Position numbers and translations under genes: made by a program. Below the pieces are notes generated by a model. It was not told the origin of the DNA. It saw nothing but the letters and a program-made list of their open reading frames with translations, and searched no databases. A stretch of DNA of 64,000 nt, from positions 5,291-69,290 of the forward strand of contig JBEKOG010000024.1 in the NCBI GenBank assembly GCA_049522015.1. Reading direction: 5' to 3'. Origin of the DNA: Verrucomicrobiota bacterium (GTDB taxonomy: Bacteria > Verrucomicrobiota > Verrucomicrobiia > Limisphaerales > UBA11358). This document shows, piece by piece, positions 29,766-37,970 of this stretch (position 1 is the stretch's first letter; each line of letters begins with the position of its first letter).

Positions 29766-29784
29766 GGGGAAAACACCCCATAGC
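29766..29784 (+). promoter_or_regulatory. Motif copy GGGGAAAACACCCCATAGC
   Basis: TATCAA lies 18 bp after ATAGCC; precedes the ATG at 29819. Confidence 0.6.
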
Positions 29785-29818
29785 CTCCGTGCGCTTCTTC
29801 GCCTATCAAGGTGTCGTT

Positions 29819-30148
29819 ATGCATCCTTTAGAAGCTACAAGTTATCTGGTGCCTGTTGGATTCAGGCTGGTCATCCAAGCCGCCATCTTGGTGGTTGCGG
29901 TTATCGCTGCCCGCCGATACAAACTGAAAGGCTTGTGGATTTTGGTGGCAGCAGTTTTTTTGGCCGTTTTCCAAGACGTCATGGGCCTGGTGTCTTCCTC
30001 GTTGTTGCGCGCCGGGCACGAAAACGCCATGACCTATTCGGCATGGCTCCAATATGTTCCTTGGGTGACCATGATCCTCGTTCTCTGCGGCTGGTGTGTC
30101 CTGGCTTTCAGCCGCAAGCAAGGAGCGAAGCCGGAGGCCAGCCAATAA
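29819..30148 (+). CDS. Small 3-TM membrane protein, paralog of 12790-13119
   Basis: 109 aa, intact frame in both copies. Confidence 0.7.
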   Translation: MHPLEATSYLVPVGFRLVIQAAILVVAVIAARRYKLKGLWILVAAVFLAVFQDVMGLVSSSLLRAGHENAMTYSAWLQYVPWVTMILVLCGWCVLAFSRKQGAKPEASQ

Positions 30149-30259
30149 CAAGCCCGCCAACGATTTTCCTTCTTCAGCGGAATAATGACTCGGTGACGGG
30201 CCAGGTATTTGCCAGACAGAAATTGGGTGTGCGAAACCGGTTTGGAAAACGTCAGGCGG

Positions 30260-30424
30260 CTGGTGCCTCGGCGGATTCCCAATTACGACCTGGAGAAGTG
30301 CCACAAGGCGGAGCCGCTGTTTCAAACCGTGCCGCCCGTCACGCTCTTCTCCAGCCTCAAATCCTTCACCTTCCGGCTCTGGGATGAGGAGCGGCACCGG
30401 CTGGTTGGTTTCAGCCATCTTTGA
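30260..30424 (+). pseudogene. C-terminal fragment of a Des-type desaturase, copy 2
   Basis: Same peptide as 13237-13395. Confidence 0.65.
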
Positions 30425-30429
30425 AATGT

Positions 30430-30448
30430 CCGGGAAACACCCCATAGC
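30430..30448 (+). promoter_or_regulatory. Motif copy CCGGGAAACACCCCATAGC upstream of the SPFH-BON run
   Basis: TATCTT lies 19 bp after ATAGCG. Confidence 0.65.
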
Positions 30449-30542
30449 GTCCGTGCGGTTGCCCGGATTATCTTCGCATTTATGAACGCATCAGCGACTG
30501 GCGATGCTGACACGAAAGAAACCATCTACGGAGATAATTAAA

Positions 30543-31535
30543 ATGAAACAAAACAGATCGTTTGCAGTATTGTCATTCTTGGTAATTTTAGGCATTGGGG
30601 CAGCACTGGCATACGCCCGGTATAGAGTTGGAGCCAATTTAGAAGCAGGCGGAATTGGCGTCGGCGCCTTTGTGCTGGCCCTGGTCGTTGCGTCCGCCAT
30701 TCAGGTGGCCGATCAGTGGGACCGAGCGGTGATATTGCGTCTGGGTAAGTTCCGCTCCTTGAAAGGGCCGGGACTGTTTTTCATTATTCCGGTTCTGGAT
30801 GCGATTCCTTACTGGATTGACACCCGCGTCATCACGACGGGTTTCAAGGCGGAAAAAACTCTCACCAAAGATACGGTGCCGGTGGATGTGGATGCCGTGC
30901 TGTTTTGGAAAGTGGTGGACCCAAAGAAGGCGGCCTTGGACGTGGCCGACTATCAAAGCGCCATCAGTTGGGCCTCCCAAACCGCCCTGCGCGATGTGAT
31001 CGGCAAGACCATGCTTTCGGACATGCTGGAAGGCAGAGACAAAATCAGCGCTCTGTTGCAGAAGATCATTGATGAGCGCACCGAACCCTGGGGCATCAAT
31101 GTCATTTCCGTGGAGGTGAAGGATGTTTTGATTCCCTCCGGTTTGGAGGATGCGATGTCCATGCAGGCCCAGGCGGAAAGAGAGCGCCAGGCCAGGGTAA
31201 TCCTGGGTGATGCCGAGCGGCAGATCGCGGAGAAATTTACCGAAGCGGGCAAGAGCTATGAGCACAATCCGATTGCCTTTCATTTGCGGGCCATGAACAT
31301 GCTTTATGAGGGTTTGAAGGAGAATGCCACCATCGTCATCGTTCCCAGCACCGCCGTGGAATCCATGCAATTGGGCGGGCTGGCCGGGATGACCGCGCTG
31401 ACCATGGGTTTGGGCCAGGAACGCACCAATGGAGACAAGGCGGCTGAACTTAAGAAACAACCAGCAGCGGAAACACCTCCGGTCAGAGAAACCCTCAACG
31501 GCGCCAAACCGGAGATATTGGAGCGCCATCAGTAA
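30543..31535 (+). CDS. SPFH/stomatin-like (slipin) protein
   Basis: RAVILRLGK...GPGLFFIIP, LTKDTVPVDVDAV, QTALRDVIG, WGI.V.SVEVKDV, QAQAERERQA. Confidence 0.92.
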   Translation: MKQNRSFAVLSFLVILGIGAALAYARYRVGANLEAGGIGVGAFVLALVVASAIQVADQWDRAVILRLGKFRSLKGPGLFFIIPVLDAIPYWIDTRVITTGFKAEKTLTKDTVPVDVDAVLFWKVVDPKKAALDVADYQSAISWASQTALRDVIGKTMLSDMLEGRDKISALLQKIIDERTEPWGINVISVEVKDVLIPSGLEDAMSMQAQAERERQARVILGDAERQIAEKFTEAGKSYEHNPIAFHLRAMNMLYEGLKENATIVIVPSTAVESMQLGGLAGMTALTMGLGQERTNGDKAAELKKQPAAETPPVRETLNGAKPEILERHQ

Positions 31536-31619
31536 ACGCACCACCGACTGACTGTATCGACACGAAAGAAACCATCTACAGAGGCAATTGAAATAAAACA
31601 AAACATAAAAAGACAGTAT

Positions 31620-33257
31620 ATGAAAACTATGAAAACATTAAAGTTGAAGGAATGGGCTAAACGCGCGGCGATTGGCAGATGGTCTGCCTGCCTGCTGATT
31701 GCGGCGGGAATTCAAACTCTGGTTCTGCCCTCGTTACAAGCGGCGACCACGGAAAAGGAAATTACCGACCGCGGCATCACCACCGCCGTTGAAGGTGGAT
31801 TAAAACTCGATAAAGGCGTCTTTCCGAACGATGTGGATGTCAGCACCAGTCAGGGGATCGTCACACTTTCTGGATCGGTGGACAACCTCCTCGCCAAAGA
31901 GCGGGCGGTCCTGTCCGCCAAGAGCGTCCGGGGCGTACGCGAGGTGATTGACAAGATTACCGTAACGCCGGTGTCCCGCTCCGATGAAGACATCCGCAAG
32001 GACATCCAGACGGCGCTGCAGCAAGATCCCGCGACGGAATCCTATCAGACGACCGTTTCCGTCCAGGGCGCGGTCGCCACGTTGACCGGCAGCGTTGGTT
32101 CCTATGCGGAAAAACAACTCGCCACCCGGATTGCCAAGGGCGTCAAGGGAATCAAGGAGGTCCGCAATGACGTCACGATCAACTATCAGGCGAAGCGCAC
32201 TGACCCGGAAATTGCCGCCGATGTCAAAGCCCGTCTCCAATGGGATATTTGGATCAACGGCGGCCTGATCAATCCCGTGGTGAAAGATGGCAAAGTGACG
32301 CTCACCGGAACGATTGGAAGCGCGATCAGCAAATCGCGAGCCTTCGATGATGCCTGGGTGAACGGGGTGACGTCCGTGGATGACAGCGGCTTGAAAATCG
32401 AACCACAGGCACACAACGGCGCACAACAAAAGCTCAAATCCGTTATCAGTTCTGACAGTGAAATCAAACAGGCAGTCCAGGCGGCCCTTCGTCTTGACGC
32501 GCGCGTTTCGGCTTTTTCTCCCGACGTAACCGTTGAAGACGGAGTGGTCATTCTTGGCGGCTCCGTGGGCAATTTAAAGGCGAAAACTGCCGCCGCACAG
32601 GATGCAAAAAACGTGGTGGGAGTGTCGCTGGTTGACAACCATCTGAAGGTGAGACCCAATGGATCCGCTGATGCAGCGGCAATGGAGAAACAATTGAAAG
32701 CGGCCTTGTCCTGGGATCCGTTTTTGGACAACTCCACAATAGATGCGGCTGTCATCCATCGCGTCGCGTATCTCTCCGGGGCGGTGGATTCAAGTTTTCA
32801 AAAGACTGAAGCGCAGGATGTTGCTTCGCGGATCAAAGGCGTGGTGGAAGTTCGGAACCGTCTGAAGGTTGAACCGGAGTATTATTCGATCTCCGACTAC
32901 GACTACGATTATTATAACGACTATTACTATCCCGACTACGACTATGGTTATTACGACGACTATGGTTATTACGGCCGGCCTTATTACAACCAGTCGCCTT
33001 ACTACGTTTCCGAGATGTCTGGACCGCAGCCATATCTGAGCGACGAACAGATCAAAAAGAACATCGAGGATCGGTTTTTCTGGAGTCCCTTCGTGGACAG
33101 GGATGACATCAAGGTAACCGTTGACGGAGGGGTAGCCACCTTGACCGGTACCGCCGGAACTTGGGTCGGCTGGGGTGAAGCTGAAAAAGACGCCCATAAG
33201 GGTGGCGCGACCTTTGTGTTGAACCGGGTCACGGTTAACAAAGGCCATTGGTGGTGA
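31620..33257 (+). CDS. Secreted six-BON-domain protein with a Tyr/Asp-rich insert
   Basis: Signal peptide and six BON repeats; Y-rich low-complexity tract before the last domain. Confidence 0.88.
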   Translation: MKTMKTLKLKEWAKRAAIGRWSACLLIAAGIQTLVLPSLQAATTEKEITDRGITTAVEGGLKLDKGVFPNDVDVSTSQGIVTLSGSVDNLLAKERAVLSAKSVRGVREVIDKITVTPVSRSDEDIRKDIQTALQQDPATESYQTTVSVQGAVATLTGSVGSYAEKQLATRIAKGVKGIKEVRNDVTINYQAKRTDPEIAADVKARLQWDIWINGGLINPVVKDGKVTLTGTIGSAISKSRAFDDAWVNGVTSVDDSGLKIEPQAHNGAQQKLKSVISSDSEIKQAVQAALRLDARVSAFSPDVTVEDGVVILGGSVGNLKAKTAAAQDAKNVVGVSLVDNHLKVRPNGSADAAAMEKQLKAALSWDPFLDNSTIDAAVIHRVAYLSGAVDSSFQKTEAQDVASRIKGVVEVRNRLKVEPEYYSISDYDYDYYNDYYYPDYDYGYYDDYGYYGRPYYNQSPYYVSEMSGPQPYLSDEQIKKNIEDRFFWSPFVDRDDIKVTVDGGVATLTGTAGTWVGWGEAEKDAHKGGATFVLNRVTVNKGHWW

Positions 33258-33310
33258 CAGCGGCAGGAACCCGGGGGGCAACAAATGAACAATGAAGCGA
33301 AAGGAAGAAC

Positions 33311-33823
33311 ATGAACAAGAACAATTCAATCGTGGCGATCTATCCATCGCATACGGCTGCCGAAGCGGCGATCAAGGAACTACAGCAATCCGGTTTCGAT
33401 ATGAAGAAACTCTCGATTGTCGGACGCGACGAACACACGGATGAACACGTGGTCGGCTACTACAATGCCGGGGACCGCATGAAATACTGGGGTAAACTGG
33501 GGGCCTTTTGGGGTGGGTTTTGGGGCTTGTTGTTCGGTTCCGGGTTCTTTTTGATTCCCGGCATCGGGCCGTTGCTCGTGGCAGGGCCGCTCGTCAGTTG
33601 GATCGTCGGGGCGCTGGAAGGCGCGGTCGTGGTGGGCGGTTTGAGCGCGCTGGGCGCCGGACTTTACAGCCTGGGCATCCCCAAGGACAGCATATTGCGA
33701 TACGAGAAGGCGCTCAAGACCGGCAAGTATGTCCTGATTGTCCACGGCTCCATGGATGAGACAACGCGGGCCAAGGAAATCCTTGACCGCACCAAGCCGG
33801 AGACATTGGAGCACCATCAATGA
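33311..33823 (+). CDS. General stress membrane protein (YflT-like/DUF1269-like)
   Basis: Close paralog of 10857-11408. Confidence 0.85.
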   Translation: MNKNNSIVAIYPSHTAAEAAIKELQQSGFDMKKLSIVGRDEHTDEHVVGYYNAGDRMKYWGKLGAFWGGFWGLLFGSGFFLIPGIGPLLVAGPLVSWIVGALEGAVVVGGLSALGAGLYSLGIPKDSILRYEKALKTGKYVLIVHGSMDETTRAKEILDRTKPETLEHHQ

Positions 33824-33890
33824 ACGCACCAGCGATGAGCCACTGACGGGATTAACGAAAATGGCCCACCGCGTCGGCGTCGCAGCCGAC
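33770..33890 (+). repeat. 121-bp diverged direct repeat with 35718-35838 (stress-gene tail plus rpiB start)
   Basis: Constant offset of 1948 bp. Encodes AKEILDRTKPETLEHHQ-stop and then the stub MAHRVGVAAD. Confidence 0.8.
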
Positions 33891-33907
33891 TTTGGATAAA
33901 ACCAGAG

Positions 33908-34459
33908 ATGAAACGTATGAATGCGACTGCAATACGAGAAGAAAATGTTATGGACGCGACCATGAATGCGGTGATCATTTACGACGAATTCGATTACGCG
34001 GCGAAGGCGAACGCGATGCTGGAGCGTGCGGCGCATCGGATGGACGAAACCACGCATTGGAGCATCAAGCCGTGGCGCGTGGACATGCTGAAACTGCCGC
34101 CAGCGGCGGAAGCGGCGCTGGCGGAAGCGGCGGAAGCGCACCTCATCGTGCTCGCGGTGCGCCAGGTTCAATCCCTTCTCCCCTGGCTGATGGACTGGCT
34201 GGAGCGGTGGGCCACATGCAGGCAGGTCCAGGAAGCCGCCTTGGCTGTATGGGATGGTGAAAACGCCGCCACACGCTCGGCGCGAGCGACACCTGAGTTG
34301 TCGCAATTTGCCGGGCACCATGGCTTGAGCCTCATATTTGACGACAACGCGCTGGTCGAGGACAAATCCTCGATGGTTGCGAGCGACCTGCACAAGCGTG
34401 AGATTTATTTGCCCCCGACGTTTCAGCACATCCTGGAGGAGCCAGTGTGCGACTACTAA
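33908..34459 (+). CDS. Hypothetical protein (alpha/beta, possibly a degenerate receiver-like fold)
   Basis: 183-aa ORF with typical codon usage; fold call is a guess. Confidence 0.6.
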   Translation: MKRMNATAIREENVMDATMNAVIIYDEFDYAAKANAMLERAAHRMDETTHWSIKPWRVDMLKLPPAAEAALAEAAEAHLIVLAVRQVQSLLPWLMDWLERWATCRQVQEAALAVWDGENAATRSARATPELSQFAGHHGLSLIFDDNALVEDKSSMVASDLHKREIYLPPTFQHILEEPVCDY

Positions 34460-34479
34460 CACAAACAACAAGAAGAGCT

Positions 34480-34716
34480 ATGAAAACACACCTGACTTTG
34501 AAATCGTTCAACGAATTGCCTGTTGAAAAACTGTTGCTGCCAAACCCGCGTCCGCCTCGCGCAAACACCGGAGAGGATTTAAGCCGGACTGTCGCTTCAC
34601 CCCGCCGCTCGCTACCTGTGGCAGGGAACGGCGCGGAAAAGTCCGGGCCCGTCCACCTCTGGCAAGTGGCGGCCTCCGATTCCTACTCCTGGGTTCATGG
34701 GGGATTGAACGATTGA
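34480..34716 (+). CDS. Small hypothetical protein (78 aa)
   Basis: ATG after a purine-rich leader, co-oriented with neighbours. Confidence 0.45.
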   Translation: MKTHLTLKSFNELPVEKLLLPNPRPPRANTGEDLSRTVASPRRSLPVAGNGAEKSGPVHLWQVAASDSYSWVHGGLND

Positions 34717-34798
34717 ACCAGGTCCGGCACGTTCGCGAACCGGCGAAAGCCATTCCGCGTGCAAATAATGAACAAACGCAAGTAGAAAGGAAAAACAC

Positions 34799-35092
34799 AT
34801 GGCAAAAAGAACGAATTCAAAAAACAGCAGCGATGATAGGAGACAAACCTTCGCATTCACCGCCCCTGACGCGTTAAGCGTATTGCTGGCAGGCGACTTC
34901 ACACAATGGCAGGCGCAAGCCATTCCCATGACGAAGGATACCGAAGGGGTTTGGAAGACCACTGTGGCCCTGCCGCCCGGCACCCACCACTACCGGTTCA
35001 TCGTGGACGGCGAGTGGCGGGACGACCCGGAATGCACGCTGCGCGTGGCCAATCCTTACGGCACTCAAGACACCGTCAGGCAGATCGCTTGA
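34799..35092 (+). CDS. Stand-alone glycogen-binding (CBM48/AMPK-beta-like) protein
   Basis: A.SV.LAGDFTQW...IPM...GVW...LPPG.HHYRFIVDGEW..DP...NPYG. Confidence 0.88.
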   Translation: MAKRTNSKNSSDDRRQTFAFTAPDALSVLLAGDFTQWQAQAIPMTKDTEGVWKTTVALPPGTHHYRFIVDGEWRDDPECTLRVANPYGTQDTVRQIA

Positions 35093-35168
35093 TGTTGAAC
35101 GACAGACCCTCGGGGTGGGCCGGCAAGGGCAATGGAAAAATCCGCGGCGCACCAAAGTTGAAAGCATC

Positions 35169-35279
35169 ATGATCAACGGACTGCTTTTCTGGCTGATTTT
35201 GCTTTTGGTGTTCTACGTGGCCTTATACCTTGGGCGCGCGCTTTACGAGGTCATTGGGTTACATTGTCCCAATCTCTAA
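35169..35279 (+). CDS. Putative 36-aa single-TM peptide
   Basis: MINGLLFWLILLLVFYVALYLGRALYEVIGLHCPNL. Confidence 0.35.
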   Translation: MINGLLFWLILLLVFYVALYLGRALYEVIGLHCPNL

Positions 35280-35311
35280 AGCGGCGCACCGGCTGAAAAG
35301 AAACACGTCTT

Positions 35312-35698
35312 ATGAAATCAACCACATCTCCCACACAAATCCCGCTTGAGGAAATCGCAAACCCAGACCCGGGCGCACATGGTAAGAACCGATGGAAGAA
35401 TTGGCCAAGTGCAAGCGTGGGACCACGCATGATGATGGGCCTTCTATCACGTTTATTATTTGTCACATTATTTATGACCGCACTGATCGGTCGCCCAGCG
35501 GACACAACGGCCGCCAACGACATCAAAAGCCTTGCCGGGGGAAACACGGTTTTCGCACTGGGCCTCTACGCCCGGCTCAAAACCGCCGACGGCAATCTGT
35601 TCTTCTCCCCTTACAGCATCTCCACCTGCCTGGCCGTGACCTATAATGGCGCGCGAGGAGCCACTGCCGCACAGATGGCCGATCCGACCCGAGCCTGA
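35312..35698 (+). pseudogene. N-terminal stub of a secreted serpin
   Basis: NTVFALGLY...GNLFFSPYSISTCLAVTYNGARGATAAQM matches serpin helices A-C; truncated just before the repeat at 35718. Confidence 0.8.
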
Positions 35699-35799
35699 TC
35701 AAATCCCTGTCGCATATGCCAAAGAAATCCTCAACGGCACCAAACCGGAGACATTGGAGCGCCACAAATAAAGACACCAGCGATAAACCGTTGAAGGAA

Positions 35800-36279
35800 T
35801 TGACGCTAACGAGCCAACGCATCGGCATCGCCGCCGACCACGGCGGTTACGAGTTGAAGGAATATCTGGCCGGGAAATTGCGCGAAACCGGTCATGAAGT
35901 GGTTGACTTCGGCGACGGCCGTCCGAAAGAGGACGATGACTATCCTGATTTTATCGTGCCGCTGGCGCGCGCGGTTGCTGCTGGGACGGTGGACCGCGGC
36001 GTGGGCATCTGTGGAAGCGGGGTTGGAGCATCGGTCTGTGCGAACAAAGTGGCGGGGGTTCGGGCCTGCTTGATTCATGAAAACTTTTCGGCGCATCAAG
36101 GCGTCGAGGACGACGATTTGAACCTGATCTGTTTTGGCGGCCTCGTGGTCGGTCACGCCCTCGCCTGGGAATTGGTGCAGACATTTCTCGCCGCGCAATT
36201 CATCGGCGCGGAGCGTTTTCGTCGCCGTCTGGCGAAAGTGGCGAAACTCGAAAGCAAACCACCAAAAAAAACGTCATGA
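35800..36279 (+). CDS. rpiB: Ribose-5-phosphate isomerase B (start uncertain)
   Basis: IGIAADHGG, DDYPD, GICGSGVG...NKVAGVRA, ERFRRRLAK. Confidence 0.9.
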   Translation: MTLTSQRIGIAADHGGYELKEYLAGKLRETGHEVVDFGDGRPKEDDDYPDFIVPLARAVAAGTVDRGVGICGSGVGASVCANKVAGVRACLIHENFSAHQGVEDDDLNLICFGGLVVGHALAWELVQTFLAAQFIGAERFRRRLAKVAKLESKPPKKTS

Positions 36280-37970
36280 AAATAAGTCCCCTGGCCGGAA
36301 AGCCGGCACCACCCGGAATACTGGTCGATGTGCCGCGGCTCATCATGGCCTACTACACCGAAGTTCCAGACCCTTCGGTGCCGGAACAGCGAGTGGCGTT
36401 TGGCACCTCAGGACATCGCGGCTCGTCGTTCAAGCTGGCTTTCAACGAATGGCACATCCTCGCGATCACCCAGGCGATTTGCCTGTATCGCAAGCGGCAA
36501 AACATCTCCGGCCCGCTGTATCTCGGCATCGACACGCACGCGCTTTCCGTTCCGGCCTGCGCCACCGCGCTGGAGGTGCTGGCGGCAAATGGCGTCGAGG
36601 TGATGCTTGCCGAAGGGGACGAATACACGCCGACCCCGGTGATCTCCCATGCTATACTGACTTACAATCGCGGGCGCAAAAAGGGACTGGCCGACGGGAT
36701 TGTCATCACGCCCTCCCACAATCCGCCGCATGACGGTGGCTTCAAATATAACCCGCCGAGTGGTGGGCCGGCGGACAACGTCGTCACCGGTTGGATTGAG
36801 GCGAAGGCGAATGCGCTGCTCGAAGCCCGGCTCAACGGAGTGAAACGAATTCCCCACGAGCAGGCGCTGCGCGCCTCGACGACACATCAGCACGACTATC
36901 TTACCGCCTACATCAACGACCTCGGTAATGTCATCGACTTGGACGTCATTCGCAGCGCGAAAATCCATCTGGGCGTCGATCCGTTGGGCGGTGCCGGCGT
37001 CCATTATTGGGCGCGAATTGCGGAGCAACATGGTTTGAACCTCACGGTGGTTGACGAGACGGTTGATCCCACCTTTCGGTTCATGACGGTGGATTGGGAT
37101 GGCCAGATTCGCATGGACCCATCCTCGCCCTATGCGATGCAGCGGCTGATCGGGATGAAGGATCGTTTTGATCTCTCGTTCGCCTGCGACACCGACCACG
37201 ACCGGCACGGGATTGTCACAAGAAGCGAAGGATTGCTGCCGCCTAATCACGACCTCTGCGCGGCGATCTTCCATCTTTTTCAGAACCGGCCGAAGTGGTC
37301 CAAATCGGCGGCCGTCGGGAAAACGATAGTGAGCAGCCAGATGATTGACCGGATCACCGCCAAACTGGGCCGGAAACTCTTTGAGGTGCCGGTTGGTTTC
37401 AAGTGGTTCGTGGATGGCTTGCTCGATGGTTCGCTGGGATTTGCCGGAGAGGAGAGCGCAGGTTCGGTTTTCCTTCGTCTGGATGGCAGCGTCTGGACAA
37501 CGGACAAAGATGGAATTGTCCCGGCTTTGCTGGCAGCGGAGATCACCGCGCGGACGGGCCACGATCCCGGCGAAATCTACCGCGAATTCAGGCACGAGTT
37601 CGGTGAGCCTGCCTATGACCGTGTTGATGCCCCAGCCACTCCGGAACAAAAGGAACGGTTGTCGAAACTTTCACCGCAGCAGGTCAAGCTCACCGAGTTG
37701 GCGGGCGAAAAAATCAAGACCGTCCTCACCCATGCGCCGGGCAACGGCGCTCCCATCGGCGGGTTGAAAGTGGTGGCCGAAAGCGGCTGGTTCGCGGCGC
37801 GTCCGTCCGGCACCGAGGACATCTATAAAATTTACGCCGAGAGCTTCCAGGGAGAGGATCATCTGCACCGCATCCTGGCGGAAGCCCAGACAATCATCAA
37901 CGATGCTTTGGCGGCGTCGCCACCGAAGCCGGGGATTCCGTCCAAGCCAAAACGAAAGAAAAAGCTATGA
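36276..37970 (+). CDS. pgm: Phosphoglucomutase
   Basis: FGTSGHRG, ITPSHNPP, DTDHDR, GEESAG, RPSGTE. Confidence 0.95.
   Translation: MKISPLAGKPAPPGILVDVPRLIMAYYTEVPDPSVPEQRVAFGTSGHRGSSFKLAFNEWHILAITQAICLYRKRQNISGPLYLGIDTHALSVPACATALEVLAANGVEVMLAEGDEYTPTPVISHAILTYNRGRKKGLADGIVITPSHNPPHDGGFKYNPPSGGPADNVVTGWIEAKANALLEARLNGVKRIPHEQALRASTTHQHDYLTAYINDLGNVIDLDVIRSAKIHLGVDPLGGAGVHYWARIAEQHGLNLTVVDETVDPTFRFMTVDWDGQIRMDPSSPYAMQRLIGMKDRFDLSFACDTDHDRHGIVTRSEGLLPPNHDLCAAIFHLFQNRPKWSKSAAVGKTIVSSQMIDRITAKLGRKLFEVPVGFKWFVDGLLDGSLGFAGEESAGSVFLRLDGSVWTTDKDGIVPALLAAEITARTGHDPGEIYREFRHEFGEPAYDRVDAPATPEQKERLSKLSPQQVKLTELAGEKIKTVLTHAPGNGAPIGGLKVVAESGWFAARPSGTEDIYKIYAESFQGEDHLHRILAEAQTIINDALAASPPKPGIPSKPKRKKKL

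Larger units (their letters stand above)
29616..30458 (+). repeat. 843-bp direct repeat, copy 2 (begins with the last codons of a NarL regulator)
   Basis: Collinear with 12587-13429. Confidence 0.9.
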
